Positions 1-13,489 of a stretch of DNA of 64,000 nt are shown one piece after another (within the stretch, counting starts at the first letter, position 1; each line of letters starts with the position of its first letter). The notes under the pieces were generated by a model, which searched no databases, was not told where the DNA came from, and saw only the letters and a program-made list of their open reading frames with translations. The stretch is from NCBI RefSeq assembly GCF_009914755.1, contig NC_060933.1; one strand, given 5' to 3'. The stretch is from the human T2T-CHM13v2.0 reference genome, Homo sapiens. Made by a program: the position numbers and the translations under genes.

Positions 1-1385
1 CACGTCTTTCTCTTTGCTCCCACGACACCACGCTCTCTGGGCTTTCCTCCACACCAGTGAGCACTCCTTCTCAGTCTCCTTTGCTGGTGGCTCCTCATTT
101 CAGCCCTCAGAGGCCTTCTCTTTCCTACTCACTCTTCTTTTCCATGTGATCTTGTCTAACCTCATGTCTTCAAATCTCATCCACATGCTGACAACTCCAA
201 AATTCCTTCCTCCAGCCTCAAGCTCTCTCCTAACATCTATCTTGGATGTTTAGGGGCATCTCAAACCTGATATGTCTCAAACCAAACTTCTAATTATCTC
301 CACAGCTTTAAAAAAAAATAAACTAAAATGCTGTTCCATCCATAGAGTCTCTCTTCTCAGTAATTGGCAACTCTAACCTTCTTTTTCTCAGGTCATAAAA
401 TTTAAAGTCATTCTTGATTGTCTTTTCTCACACATTACCTCCAACTGGACACAAATTCTGTTGATATTTACCTTCAAAATGTATCCCATATTCAACCACT
501 TCTCACAACCCCACTGATGGTCCAACCCACCATCATCTTGCTCAGAGCAGGGATCAGCTAAATTCAGCCCACCACCTATTTTTGAAAATAAAGTTTTATT
601 GGAACACAACCACATCCATTTGTTTACATGTCATCTGTGACTACTTTTACATTCCAAGGGCAGAACTGAGTAATTGCAGCAGAGACCACATGGCCCTCAA
701 AACGGAAAATATTTACTCTCTGTTCCTTCACAAAAAAATATTTACCAATCCTTGGCCTAGATTATTACAATCATAGGTCCTTCTATTTTCACCCTTGTCC
801 CCACTGTAGCTGATTCTTAACCCAGCAGGCAGAGTGATGGCTTTTAAGCCATCAGACTCTATCACTTCCCTGCTCAGAACTCTTCACTACCCGCTGCGCT
901 CACTCGCCCCACCTCACCTGATATTGCAGCACTAACCCCAGCTACCCCTCTGTCTTTATCTGCAGCTACTTTCTGCCTCAAATTTCTCCAGCCACAGCAG
1001 ACATGTCCCTGTTTTTAGGACACTCCAGACATCATTTCCCTTTGTGGTCATTGCCTTTTCTATTCTTTCATCCTCACCAAGCTCACTTGCACAACTCTCA
1101 TGTCCTCGGGAGACCTCCCCAGCTCACCCTGTATCAAATAGAGCCATCCCACAAGCACTCACTACCCTTCTTAATCTGCTGCATTTCTCTCCAAAGAACT
1201 TATTGCCATCACCAAAATATACATTCTCTTAGTTATTTGATCATGACTTGTCTTGCCTTCTTGCTGTCAGGCATTCTGAAAGATACACACTGTTGTATCC
1301 TGAGTACTTAGCTGTGTCTGGAACATAGTAGCTGTGTCTGGAACATTCAATGTGTTGAATGAATGACTAAAAGAATGAATGCTCA
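1..1385 (+). mobile_element. LINE-2 (L2a-like) 3' region, split by MER58A
   Basis: Pyrimidine-rich L2-type sequence (ctccttctcagtctcctttgctgg; catctcaaacct...ccaaacttc), ending in the L2 tail tgttgaatgaatga...gaatgaatg. Confidence 0.8.
546..755 (+). mobile_element. MER58A hAT-Charlie MITE
   Basis: aaataaagttttattggaacacaaccac...cagagaccacatggccctcaaaac...aatatttact matches recalled MER58A consensus. Confidence 0.85.
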
Positions 1386-1584
1386 AATCCCAGTCTCTGT
1401 GCTAAGCCAATGACATGCGTTGGATCACTGACCGCATGACAGCCCCATGCAATAGGCATTGAGGCTCAGAGCTCAAGGACACCCATCCAGGTCTAAAAGT
1501 CAAGTGTAACACCAAAGCCCACTGCCCTAACCACCTCCACCTCCTAAAATTTTGCTGGTCTTTACATTTTAGAAAATATTTTAA

Positions 1585-1700
1585 TATACATGTTCATATT
1601 TCTAGCAACTCAAGTGTTCATTGATGGATGAATAGATAAGCAAGATGTGGTATATGCCTATAATACAATGTTATTTGGCCTTAAAAAGGAAGGAAATTCT
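1585..1700 (+). mobile_element. Old L1M 3' fragment
   Basis: caactcaagtgttcattgatggatgaatagataagcaagatgtggtatat...ccttaaaaaggaaggaaattct. Confidence 0.75.
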
Positions 1701-1815
1701 GGACCAGGCACAGGGGCTCATGCCTGTAATCCCAGCAATTTGGGAGGCCGAGGCGGGTGGATCACGAGGTCAGGAGTTCAAGACCAGCCTGGCCAAGATG
1801 GTGAAACCCCGTCTC
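1701..1815 (+). mobile_element. Alu left arm only (AluSg-like), 3'-truncated
   Basis: Alu 5' sequence ends abruptly at aaaccccgtctc; no linker, right arm or tail. Confidence 0.9.
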
Positions 1816-3764
1816 ACCATAATTTTTAAAAATTCAAAAAGAATCCATATTTCTTTCTCATTACAAACTCTCAAGGGGGTATAGGCTCTCCAGTTTTCAG
1901 AAGAGAAATGAGAGGTTCAGAAAGTGAGGTGGGCCAGGCCAGGGCTGCTGGAGGCAGCACCTTGAACCCAGGTCCCTCCTGCCTCTCGTTTCCACAGTGC
2001 CCTTTGCTTTGTACCATCCTGTGCTCTCCTACGGCAGCACAAACATTTCCCTCGTGTATTTACTGTATCTTAAATGACCGAAAATTTATTTACTCCATTG
2101 CTTTGGTGGATTAGGAACTTCCGGGAACTTCTTTCTTCTTTGCCCTAATCTGGTCCTAGTTGGTGTGGGACAAGTGAACACAAACTACAGAAAATGTCTC
2201 TGAAGAGCCAGCAGGAGGGGGGCCAATGGGAGATGTTAGAACATTAGCATATGTAAATTGGCAAGGGTAAAGAAAACTGGGAAAGCTGCTATTTTATCAT
2301 TTGTGGTAATTATAGTAATTTAGAGTGGTGAATCAATGAGTTCCTGGAGGTAAAAGCATCTCGGAAGGATAATGTGGTGTGATTAAGAAGTTCTGATTAA
2401 GAACCACTGTCATTTTCACTTGGAAAAGGTGAAGAAAGAGACTGGGATCAAAAGTTCAGTAACAAAAGTCATGAAGGTAGGGACTTCAGCCTGCCAGGCC
2501 CCGTCCCCAGTGCTAGGGACACAGAGAAGAAATCAGTAGCTCCCTGCCTTGCAACTCTTACAAAGGAAAGACAGCCACAGAAAATGACTATTGAAACACA
2601 CCATGATTCATTCAGCGATCATGCTTGCAAAGGAGTAAGGAGAAATGATGAACTTTGTCTCAGGGAGAGCAGTGGTCTGAAAGAGCTTCAGATATTAAGG
2701 GTGACACCGGAATAGGGTTTTGCAGGATCAATAGGAGTTTGCATGTGGAAGAAACAGTGTCTGTGAAGCATGGAGTGAAAGTGCTTTTGGAGAATTCCAA
2801 AGGAAAAGCGGAGAGTTGTTTATAAAGCTGGAGATACTGGCAAGGCCTGATACTGGAGCCTTGAGGGCCACTCTAGGGAGCTTGGACACACACTAGCAAC
2901 TGCTGGGAGCCATAAAGACAGATGCAGGGAGTGATTTGGTCAGAACAGAATTCTTTTTTAAAGCCTGGTGAAGGGAGCCAAAGAGTTAGTGCAACAAACG
3001 AGGGACTATGATAGAGGGTCGGGGGCAGGGGACAAGAGTCAGAAGGTCAGAGACAGGAACAAGTTCCTGAAATAGAAGCAGGAGGCTCAGAGACAAGCAA
3101 TGTGGAACTCCACGAGTCACAACTGAAAGAGGCCTTAATAACCATCTATTTCAACCCCCATTATACAGGTGAACAAGCCAAGGTTCAGAGAGGTTAAGGC
3201 ACTTGTTTGATGTCTTACAACTAGTAAACAGCAGAGCAGGTCTATTTGACTTCAAAGTCCAAGATTTGTCTACCACTCCACAAACCTCTGGGACATAAGA
3301 CAAAACAGTCAGTTATCCCAAGACCCTGTCATTTCACAGCAGTATCAGAGACCAGTCAGTGGACTCTGCCTTCCATATTGTCTTTGAGGGTGACAAGCTC
3401 AGGGAAGACCTGGGTGCTGTTGTCAAGCCCCTGAAGGACTTCCCTGTGGTGAGGCAGGGGAGAAGATTTTATTTCCATGCCTATTATGAAAGTCTGATCA
3501 CTGTCCAGCCAAGAGAACAGTGGAACAATTAGACCTGTCTATCAATAGGGTATCCATCCTAGGAGACAGTGAGTTCCCTGTCCCTGGGAGTATGCTAGAC
3601 AAGGCTAAATGTTCAGTTCACCAGGATGCATAAGAGTGGATTTGTGAACTCTGAGAGATTCTTAAGATCCCTTTCAATTCCAGGGTTCTATGATCTTTGC
3701 ACGTTGAGAAATATCCTTGAACAAGCCAAACATCCTTTCATAAGCTGAAGCTGAAGAATTGTTT

Positions 3765-4115
3765 ATTAATTCATTTACAAGCAAAGCATATTTTGAAAAA
3801 CACTTAGATGGGAGAAGCACAAGAAGCAGAGAGAGGACTCTAAGGGGATATTTCATACAGCTGGTCTTGAAGGATGAGAAGGAGGGACAGGGTTCCAACA
3901 GCAGGAACAGCAAATGCTAGGGCCCAGCGTCAAGACAGACCACAGCAGGTCAGCATGGCTGCTGGCAGGGCAGGGCATGCAGAGGGCTAGGGTGAGAAGA
4001 GGCTAGAGACGCTGGCAGGGATAGCCCTGCCTTGAGGGATTCGGGGGCCTATGACGAGTCTCCGGCAGCAGTGATGTGTGTTTTAGAAAGTTCACACTGA
4101 CAGCCATGTGGAGTT
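3765..4115 (-). mobile_element. L2 relic
   Basis: ttaattcatttacaagc...gtgatgtgtgttttagaaagttcacactgacagc, typical antisense L2. Confidence 0.55.
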
Positions 4116-5124
4116 GATGTAACTCGTTCCTTAAGACTATTTTAGGTAAGAAGGAAAATAAAACCCTTCCTTGGCTCCGAAACAGGAATGGGGGACATGA
4201 GTGTTTCCCTCATGGTCTGGGGCAGGGGACTCCACCAGCATCAGAACCCCAGAAGTCCTGGAGCTCTTCCCGGTGCTGGGGGCCACATCCCCAGGATACC
4301 TGTGGTGGCCAGGACCTCTGAGCTTTGGCCCATGCTGGCCCTCCGAACACCAGCTCCTTGCACGAGGCCTCAGCCGGGCCTTACCACCGACAGATGGAGC
4401 GTTTGTTGACGCTCCGGTGACAGCTTGGAAACTCATCTCCTCCCTCCGAGCCGGCCCGTTCCACCTCGTCCTCCCATCTGCCATCTCATTTTAAAACTAG
4501 CAGAACAACTCAGCTAGAGCAATTCTGACTTTTTCCATCTGTGCCGAGTTAATTAAGAGGGTAATGAGAGCTGGGAATGAACGAGTCCTGCATTAATTCA
4601 AGATATGATTAAGAGAAACATTTCTAAAATGTATATACTCGTGTGTGCAGAGAACAAGGCCTAATGAGTTGGGTGTGCACCCCAGGCCAAGGGCCTCAGC
4701 TGTGTCTGCAAACACACAGGGCCTCCGTAGGAGGGCCCAAGGGAAGCAGGGAGATGGGAACCCAGCCCGTTTGGAGCAGGTGCCACCATGAGTTTGAGCC
4801 CCAGGAAAGAGGCCTGTGTGGTCATGGGAAGGAAGACAAAGTCCGCCTTAGAGTCTACTCCCAACATAGGCACTCCACAAACACATATGCATCACCCAGG
4901 GTGTGCCTGCCGCAGTGAAAAACAGAGACAAGGGGTAGCTAGGTCTTCTCTTTACTAAAAATTTCATTTGTTGATTATCTAACCACCTATCTAAAAGAGT
5001 CCCAGATACATCTAAAATTTTACTAAAGATCAGCAGAATAAAAAGCTGAGAACAGAATCCAGGTCTTCTAACTCCCAGTCCAATAGGCCTCCAAGTAAAA
5101 ATGGCAGTGATGATGAATAATAAT

Positions 5125-5380
5125 GCATAAATAGCTAACGTTCATTGAGCCCTTACTATGTGTCAAGCATCATTCTAAGGACTGTGTTTATGTATTATCA
5201 TTTAATTCTCACAAAGACCTTAAAAGATAGCTATCACTGGTACCATTTCTCTTTTGTAGATGAGGAAACTGAGGCTCAGAGGTATTAAGAGACTCGTCTC
5301 ATATGCCACAAATAAGAAGTGGCAGAGATAGTATTTGAACTCAGATCTCTAAGATGCCAGAACTAAACTATACTGCTAAA
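5125..5380 (-). mobile_element. MIR SINE (near full length)
   Basis: Core tagatgaggaaactgaggctcagagg with typical MIR flanks. Confidence 0.9.
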
Positions 5381-5554
5381 TACCAGCCCCTGTTCTCAGA
5401 CAGACAGACAGAGAGGATGGCCCAATTCAGTGCTTTGGGGGCATAGAGGAAGGTGATCTTACCTGACCTTGTGTGATTAAGGGGGAGAAGACCAAAGAAG
5501 CCTTCCTGGAGGAGGTGATGTCTGGGCTGACTCTGAAATGACCCAACTTCAACA

Positions 5555-5780
5555 CTGTTTACTGAGTGTTCACAGGTGCCAAGCAATCTGCCAGCCCTCT
5601 AACATGCCTTATGTCATTAAACCAGGCCACCTTGGGATAGAAGCATCAGCGTCCCCATGTGATCAATGAGGAAAGGGAAGTTAAGGAGAGTGAAGTTCAG
5701 AGCAAAGGTCACCACCCCAAGCCTTCCAGCTTGTGAGTGGAAACAGGACTCGAACTCAGGGCACTCTGAGTCTAAAGCAG
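5555..5780 (-). mobile_element. MIR SINE
   Basis: tttactgagtgttcacaggtgcc...atgaggaaa...ggactcgaactcagg. Confidence 0.65.
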
Positions 5781-6279
5781 GCACGGGGCCTCAGCCCACA
5801 ATGGGTGTGCTCAGAAGTAGGGTGGGAGGATGACAGGATGGGAGTGCCCTGAGGATGTCAGGAAGGGCTGAGGGATGCAGAGGTCACGGATACCTGGATT
5901 CCAGTCCCTGCTCTCCCACCAATCCTTTGAAAGACCTTGGGCAGTCATTCGCCTTCCCCATCGGCACCATGGAATGACTGGATGAAGGCCCCTTCAGACC
6001 TAGGATTCCATGTTCATGTCCACCTCCAGTGGCCTGGCCCAGTGCAGAGCTGTTTTCTCACCCTGCACCTCACCATGCACCTTCTGGCTGTCCATCCTCC
6101 AGAGTCAAGCTCACACACCAAAGCCCACCTCCAAGACCCATTACAATCCATCCCCCAACTTTCCTTTCCCCCTCACTCCCCCAAACCCAGGCTCTTGTCT
6201 TACTGAACATGACTGAAAGTTCAGGTGGCCTGCAGGGCCCTGAAGGGCTAAATGGAAGTCAACACTATCACCTCTGTTC

Positions 6280-6540
6280 TATTCCCTGACTCTCCACCTC
6301 TCTCTCCATGAAGCCAGAAAAATGGGAGGCATTCTTGCCTCCTCAGCCTCAGGCCTGACCAGTGACTGTGCATTACGTCCTGCAGATTGTCTCTGAAATG
6401 TCTGTTGACCTCCCTCCCCATGAGTCCTCACTGCCACCACCCTAGCCAGGCCACATCTCTTCCCTCAGCTCATTGCAGCACCTTCCCAAAAGGGCTCTCT
6501 CCCTCCCACATTGCCCCTCCAGTTCCCTCCCAACAGCCAC
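6280..6540 (+). mobile_element. L2 relic (appears to continue at ~9530-9920)
   Basis: cactgccaccaccctagccaggccac...cattgcagcaccttcc L2 signature. Confidence 0.6.
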
Positions 6541-6557
6541 TATACTATATAAACAGA

Positions 6558-7090
6558 TTTTTTTTTGCAAAAGTAGTATTTTATTACAGAAGACTATCTA
6601 ATTTACAAATCAATACAGTAGATATTTCGAAGAAAACATTTAAGCATCATGAAAGAATGCATGAATATAAAAAAAAACTCAATGTGCAAGATTCAACAAG
6701 GAAATGCACAGGAAAACTTATTTTTGAATTATGTGGTTGTTACTATGCCACTGAGAAGGCAAAATAGAACTCCTCTTCCAGAGGCCAAAAATGGAAGGAG
6801 ACCTTCAGAATCTAGCAGAAGCATTTCCACACACTGGCTTCCATAGTCTGGTGTGTGTGCAGAAATGTTGTCTTTAGATTCAGGGAGTGTTTGCTCTTTG
6901 GAAGGAAAGGAGTGAAGACATTTCATTTGGCTGCCCTTTGGGGTTTTCTGCTGCTTTTTGGTGGGCTGCTGTTATCGGTTGATTCTCAGGAGCTTCTGAG
7001 GCTCATTGGAATCCACAGTCTCTCAAGATGCAGGGTTTGTTTTTGTTTTTCCAATCAATGGTTACATCACTTTTTCTAACAGAATGAACA
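6558..7090 (-). pseudogene. Probable 5'-truncated processed pseudogene (retrocopy) of an unidentified mRNA
   Basis: On the minus strand: a ~68-codon frame with one internal TGA, then an AU-rich 3'UTR-like tract, AATAAA (plus-strand tttatt near 6580), and an A10 tail (T run 6558-6567). Confidence 0.5.
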
Positions 7091-7830
7091 GCAACCACCT
7101 CATAACTATTAGGATGGCTACTATTAAAACACACACACACACACACACACAGAAAAAAATAGTGAATCAGAACCCTTGCCCACTTTTGATGGGAATAGAA
7201 AATGGTGCAGCCACTATGGAAAACAGTACAGCCATTCCTCAAAAAATTAAACATAGAATTAAAATATGATCCAGCAATTGCACTTCTAGGTATATGCCCA
7301 AAAGAATTGAAAGCACAGACCTGGACATGTAAATCCACGTACATAACAGCATTATTCACAATAACCAAGAGGTAGAAGCAACCCAAGTGCCCAGTGTCCA
7401 TCAGTGGATGAGCAGATAAGCAAAATAGGGTTTATACCTTCAATGGGATATTGTTTGGAAAACGAAGGAAATTGTGATGCATGTTACAATGCAAGAGGAA
7501 TCTTAAGGGCATTATGTTAGGTGAAATAGGCATGTTATAATATGGCAAACACTAAATGTTTCCACTTATATAAGGTACCTAAGGTAGTCAAACTCATAGA
7601 AACAGAAAGTAAGATGCTAGTTGCCAGTGGGTAGGGAGAGGGAGGAATGCGGAGTGATTGTTTAACGTGTACAGAGTTTCAGTTCGGGAAAATGAAAAGC
7701 ATTCTGGAGATGGATGGTGGTAATGGTTGCACAATGTGAATGTACTTAAAGACACTGAACTGCACACTTAAAAATGATTAAGATGGTAAGTTTTATGTTA
7801 TGTGTATTTTGCCATAATTTTTTTTAAACT
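7091..7830 (+). mobile_element. L1MB-type 3' end with internal (CA)n at 7129-7150
   Basis: accacctcataactattaggatggc...aaatggtgcagccactatggaaaacag...cacttaaaaatgattaagatggtaagttttatgttatgtgtattttgccataat. Confidence 0.85.
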
Positions 7831-7924
7831 TTAAATGTATTTTTTAAAAAAGGAATGGACAGTGAAAGATGTGGCTCCAGCCACTACAAAGTTTACAAGA
7901 ACCACTAGTGAAATAAGTTCCTTC

Positions 7925-9397
<1,473 letters not shown>

Positions 9398-9924
9398 GTT
9401 TCTTCTTCTTGGTCGGAATCTGGAGTTGGGAGGAGGCTGAGGCTGGCCTCGCTGCAAGCATGGTGGATGGAGCTAGTGGGAGGGAGATGTCGATGATCAG
9501 ATACAATGAGGTGATGAAGGTGCCTCCTGCTCTGACCTTCCCTGACTCCCCAAAGCTTCTTTCAGGTCATATCACTCATTCTTCATGAATACAGACAAAC
9601 TCACCATTTCACAATTATGCCCTGTGCTCTGCACACGGGTCTGCCCATGTCATTCCTTCTGCATGGAGGTTGCTAGCCCATTGCTTGTTAAGACCCAAAA
9701 TATCCTTCTCTAGGAGACATCCCTAGTCAAATGTTGCCCCCGACCTCCAGACACTCACAGCTCTCTCAGCACTCACTGACTTCTCTCTGCTCTTATCCTG
9801 TCTTGCATCCTTGTTTCATCTCTTCTAGACAAGGAGCTTTCTGAGCATGGACTTTCCATGACAGATTCATCCTGTATCCCCCATGGTGCCTACAACCACT
9901 CTCTCTACACAGTAGATATAGCCA

Positions 9925-10390
9925 TTAAGCTCAGGTTTGACTACTTATCACTGAAAACCCAGTATAACTGTAGTTTCAACAAGAAACTACTCTCAAGTAA
10001 AAGAAGCAGACATTGGGGATCCAAACTTCTATTGTTTTTCCCATCATATGTAATGTGGCTTCCATTTGCAAATCCTCCTCACTATCCAGAGTGGCTGCTG
10101 GCATTCTGGCCATCCTGCCCGGGGCAGGGGGTGCAGGAAGAAGGAGGGTACAAAGAAGGTCAATCATTTGGATCATCTTCTTAAGGCACCTCAAGAAGAT
10201 GCCTTCGTGAAAACTTCACACAATCTGTTTAGATCTCATTGGGCAGAACTCAGTCACTTGGACACATCTAAAAAGGAGGCTGGGAAATATAATCTTTCAG
10301 CTGGGCATTTTGTCATTACAAATAAGACTGAGATTCTGTTGCAAAGAAAGAAAGGATGGACATTAGATGGAAACTAGCAAACTCTCCAAC
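9925..10390. mobile_element. MLT1 (MaLR) LTR relic
   Basis: atctcattgggcagaactcagtcacttggacacatcta...ggaggctgggaaatataatctttcagctgg. Confidence 0.7.
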
Positions 10391-10644
10391 ATTTGGTGCT
10401 GATGGATAGTGAAGAGCTGACTGTGTAAGTGAACAAATGAATCCTGGAATCATGTGGACCAAGCCTCCTGGCAAAGCTTTGATAAGCAGAAGCTGGACAC
10501 TAATTACTCCTCCAGGACTGTTTTACCTCTCCTTTTCATTATCTCCATGGAATGTTGAAGTCACAAATATATTTTTGGGGTCATCCACTTCACCCTTACC
10601 ATTTTCCTTTCTATAAGACAGAAGGAGACATGAAAAATGAAGTC

Positions 10645-10830
10645 GTTTTGTAGTTCAAATCCTGGAGCCAATAATTACCAGCTTTAGGATCCAGGCATGT
10701 TATTTCTCTAAGCTTCAGTTTCTTCATCTGCAAAATGGGAATCACGTTCCACCTCTCAGAAACATTGGGAGAGTTCATTGAAATAACAAAAACAAGGTGC
10801 CTGGTGCAGTGCCTAGCATCTAGTAGGCTT
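10645..10830 (+). mobile_element. MIR SINE
   Basis: ctaagcttcagtttcttcatctgcaaaatggga...gtgcctagcatctagtagg. Confidence 0.8.
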
Positions 10831-11384
10831 CTATCCTGCTGTCCCCATGCCTGCCTCAGTGCCACCATCTCTCATTCTCTTAAAATCTGGAGCTCAGCTG
10901 GCTGCCAGGTAGTTTCCACCAAGGGGACTTGCAGTGAAAATTGGACATAGCATATGTGAAACTTCTGGCACAGAACTGGCCCAGAGTAGAGCTTGTGGAA
11001 AAGTAGGAGCTCCAGCATTAATGGGTGCTTATTTAAGTATTTCTATCTTAAACCTCAGGAAAAATGCATTTGAGGCCCAAAGAAGTAATCATCAAAATGG
11101 TAATGCATTCTCCAGCGTCTATCTGTAACAGAGCCAGAGAAATGCTGGAGAAAGGTCATTTGGTGGTTCACCACAAAGGATCCCATCAAGGTAGTCATTC
11201 ATTGCAGCTACAGGTGAGATCAATTTGTCCTCTAGGAGATGACCTCCTCCCTCCCCAAACTGCTGCTTTGTTTTAGTTTGTATTGTTTTATTTTATTATT
11301 TTATGGAAACCAGCCTTTCTAGGGGCAATGTGATAGTGCCTGAATAAGCTCTTAGAAACTTTCTTGGAAAAACCTTAGAAAAAT

Positions 11385-11620
11385 AGCAATGGCTAACATT
11401 TGTTCAAGACTTACGATGTTTCAGGCACCGTGCTAAGCACTTTCAATCTATGATCTCATGCTTTCTTGACCAGACCTTTTGAGATTGTTATCAGTAAATC
11501 CATTTCACAGAAAAGGAAACTGAGGCACAGAGAGGTTAGGTCATTTATTCATGGTCACGCAGCTAGCAGGCAGAGGAACCAAGACTAGAAGGCAGGTCTC
11601 TGTCTCCAGGCTATACCAGA
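11385..11620 (-). mobile_element. MIR SINE
   Basis: gctaacatttgttcaag...cagaaaaggaaactgaggcacagagaggttaggtc. Confidence 0.85.
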
Positions 11621-12039
11621 CAAAATGCAGAAATGCAGGCATGGGGTTAAGTCTCAGCCCTGCTCGGATGACCTTTGCCCCTTTTGGAGGCTCAGTTTCC
11701 TCATCTGAGAAATGGCAGGGGCTTGGGCAGCTGCAAACAGTGTTGCTTCTTCTAGCTCTAGCCATCCATGAACTAAATCTTGGTTTTATTTTTGGATCAT
11801 TGAGCTAAACAAGGAAACTATTGTCTCCGTTAACAATTCTTATCAGATTTTCCCAGTCTGAAACTTGACTTCCTAGACTGGAAACTGTGTCAAAAATCCC
11901 CAGAAGACAACAGCTGTCAGTAGCTCAAGTCACCCGGCAGAACACCTGTGTTCACATCAGAGCCCTGAACACATGGAGCATCAGCAGTGACAGCTGGGTG
12001 GGCACTGGAGATTGTGATTGAATGGCACTTGAAATCCAT

Positions 12040-12495
12040 CCTCCTTCTACGTACCCTCCTCTAGTACTGCAATGTGGAGACACTAACTACACTGCCCAGA
12101 TGCACTTGCAGCTAAGGTTTTGGAAGCAAATCTGATTCCACCAATGAGATGCATTCATGTGAGATTCAGATGGCAGAGGAAGGCACAGGCCATCTTCCTA
12201 CCTCCATTGCCACTGGAAAGCAAGGCTGTAGAGACACGGATGTCGCCTCAGCTAGGCTCAGTATTCCACGGTCTAGCCACCAGCTTCATGAATGAGGGGA
12301 GAAGGTGAGGCATCAGCAGCAGCTTCCTAACCTCTGGACCACAGCTACAATTGCGTGCCCTTTCAATCAATAGACCATTGGTAGCTCCATGACTTCCTCA
12401 TCCCAATTCTTTCAACCATTTGGAAGGCCTGATGCCCAATATTATTTTTTTGCTTCAAATCCTTTGGATTCTGTTACTACACTTCATCCTGATAT
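12040..12495. mobile_element. LTR relic (LTR33/LTR16/MLT-like)
   Basis: aactacactgcccagatgcacttgcagctaagg...ccaccaatgagatgc...tggattctgttactacacttc. Confidence 0.5.
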
Positions 12496-13489
12496 CAAAA
12501 CTAATAATATGAGTATTGGTTCACCTTATCCAGGCTTTGCAGGAGAGTCCAAGTGGAATCTTAGTGGAAACTTCGTTTCCCAAGTAGAAACTTAGTTTCT
12601 GACACGTCACCACTACTCTCTTTTGAATCCAGCAACTGCATATTTTTGCGACCAGCAAAGTCTGAGACAGGCCCATTATTTTCCCCTTGAAACAGCCAGG
12701 CTGCAGCCTTCCTCCAATGCAGGGAAACACAGTGATGAATAGAACATAATTATTGGTGTTCATTATAAGAGGCAGCCCAAACTAGCCAAAATGTGAGGCA
12801 GAAGGAAAGAATGCACCAAACTAAACAGTAGGGTGCTACAAAGGCATGATTTTGGAAAACAGGAACCTTCTCATCTAAAGAGGAGGCAGACATGTACCAA
12901 GCTGACTCTAAGATAAAACCCAATGACAAGTTAAAATTTTTTTTACTGCATACCTACTATGATGCCAGAGTCTGGAAGTACCAAATGGAGGAAGATGCCA
13001 CATGCCATAAGTGCTGAATCTGACCAGGAGAATCAAGGAAAATGTCACAGAAGAGGTAGCATAGGGGCAGACCTCAAATGCTGGGAAGGGTTTTACTTGG
13101 AAGAAAATGGGACCTGTATGAGTAGATCATAGTGAGTTCAGCCAGCAGACCAGTGAGGCTATAGCAAGGTGCATATGACAGAGGCAGAGATGGAGATGAC
13201 AGCAGGGAAGAACCAACCACAAAGGCCTTGACTGCCACACTCATGAGATAGATTTCATTCTATAGTCACATTTCCTTTCTTTATTCACTCAACAAACATC
13301 TGTCAAATACATACTGTGCACCAGCCATTGTGCTGTGCATCAGGGATACGGTAGTGATTAAAAGCATCACTGCCCTGACAACATTTTTCTTCCAATAGTG
13401 TTTTGATGAAAGAAATGACTCTATGTGACTGGGTTTGGAGGGAAAAGACCAGGGTTAGGGGAATGGTAGGTATCTTTTGTTTTGTTTTC

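Noticed and set aside
6990-7085. Homeodomain helix-3 or NAP/SET-like resemblance of VTIDWKNKNK
   Set aside because: Similarity is too short and weak to assign a family by eye
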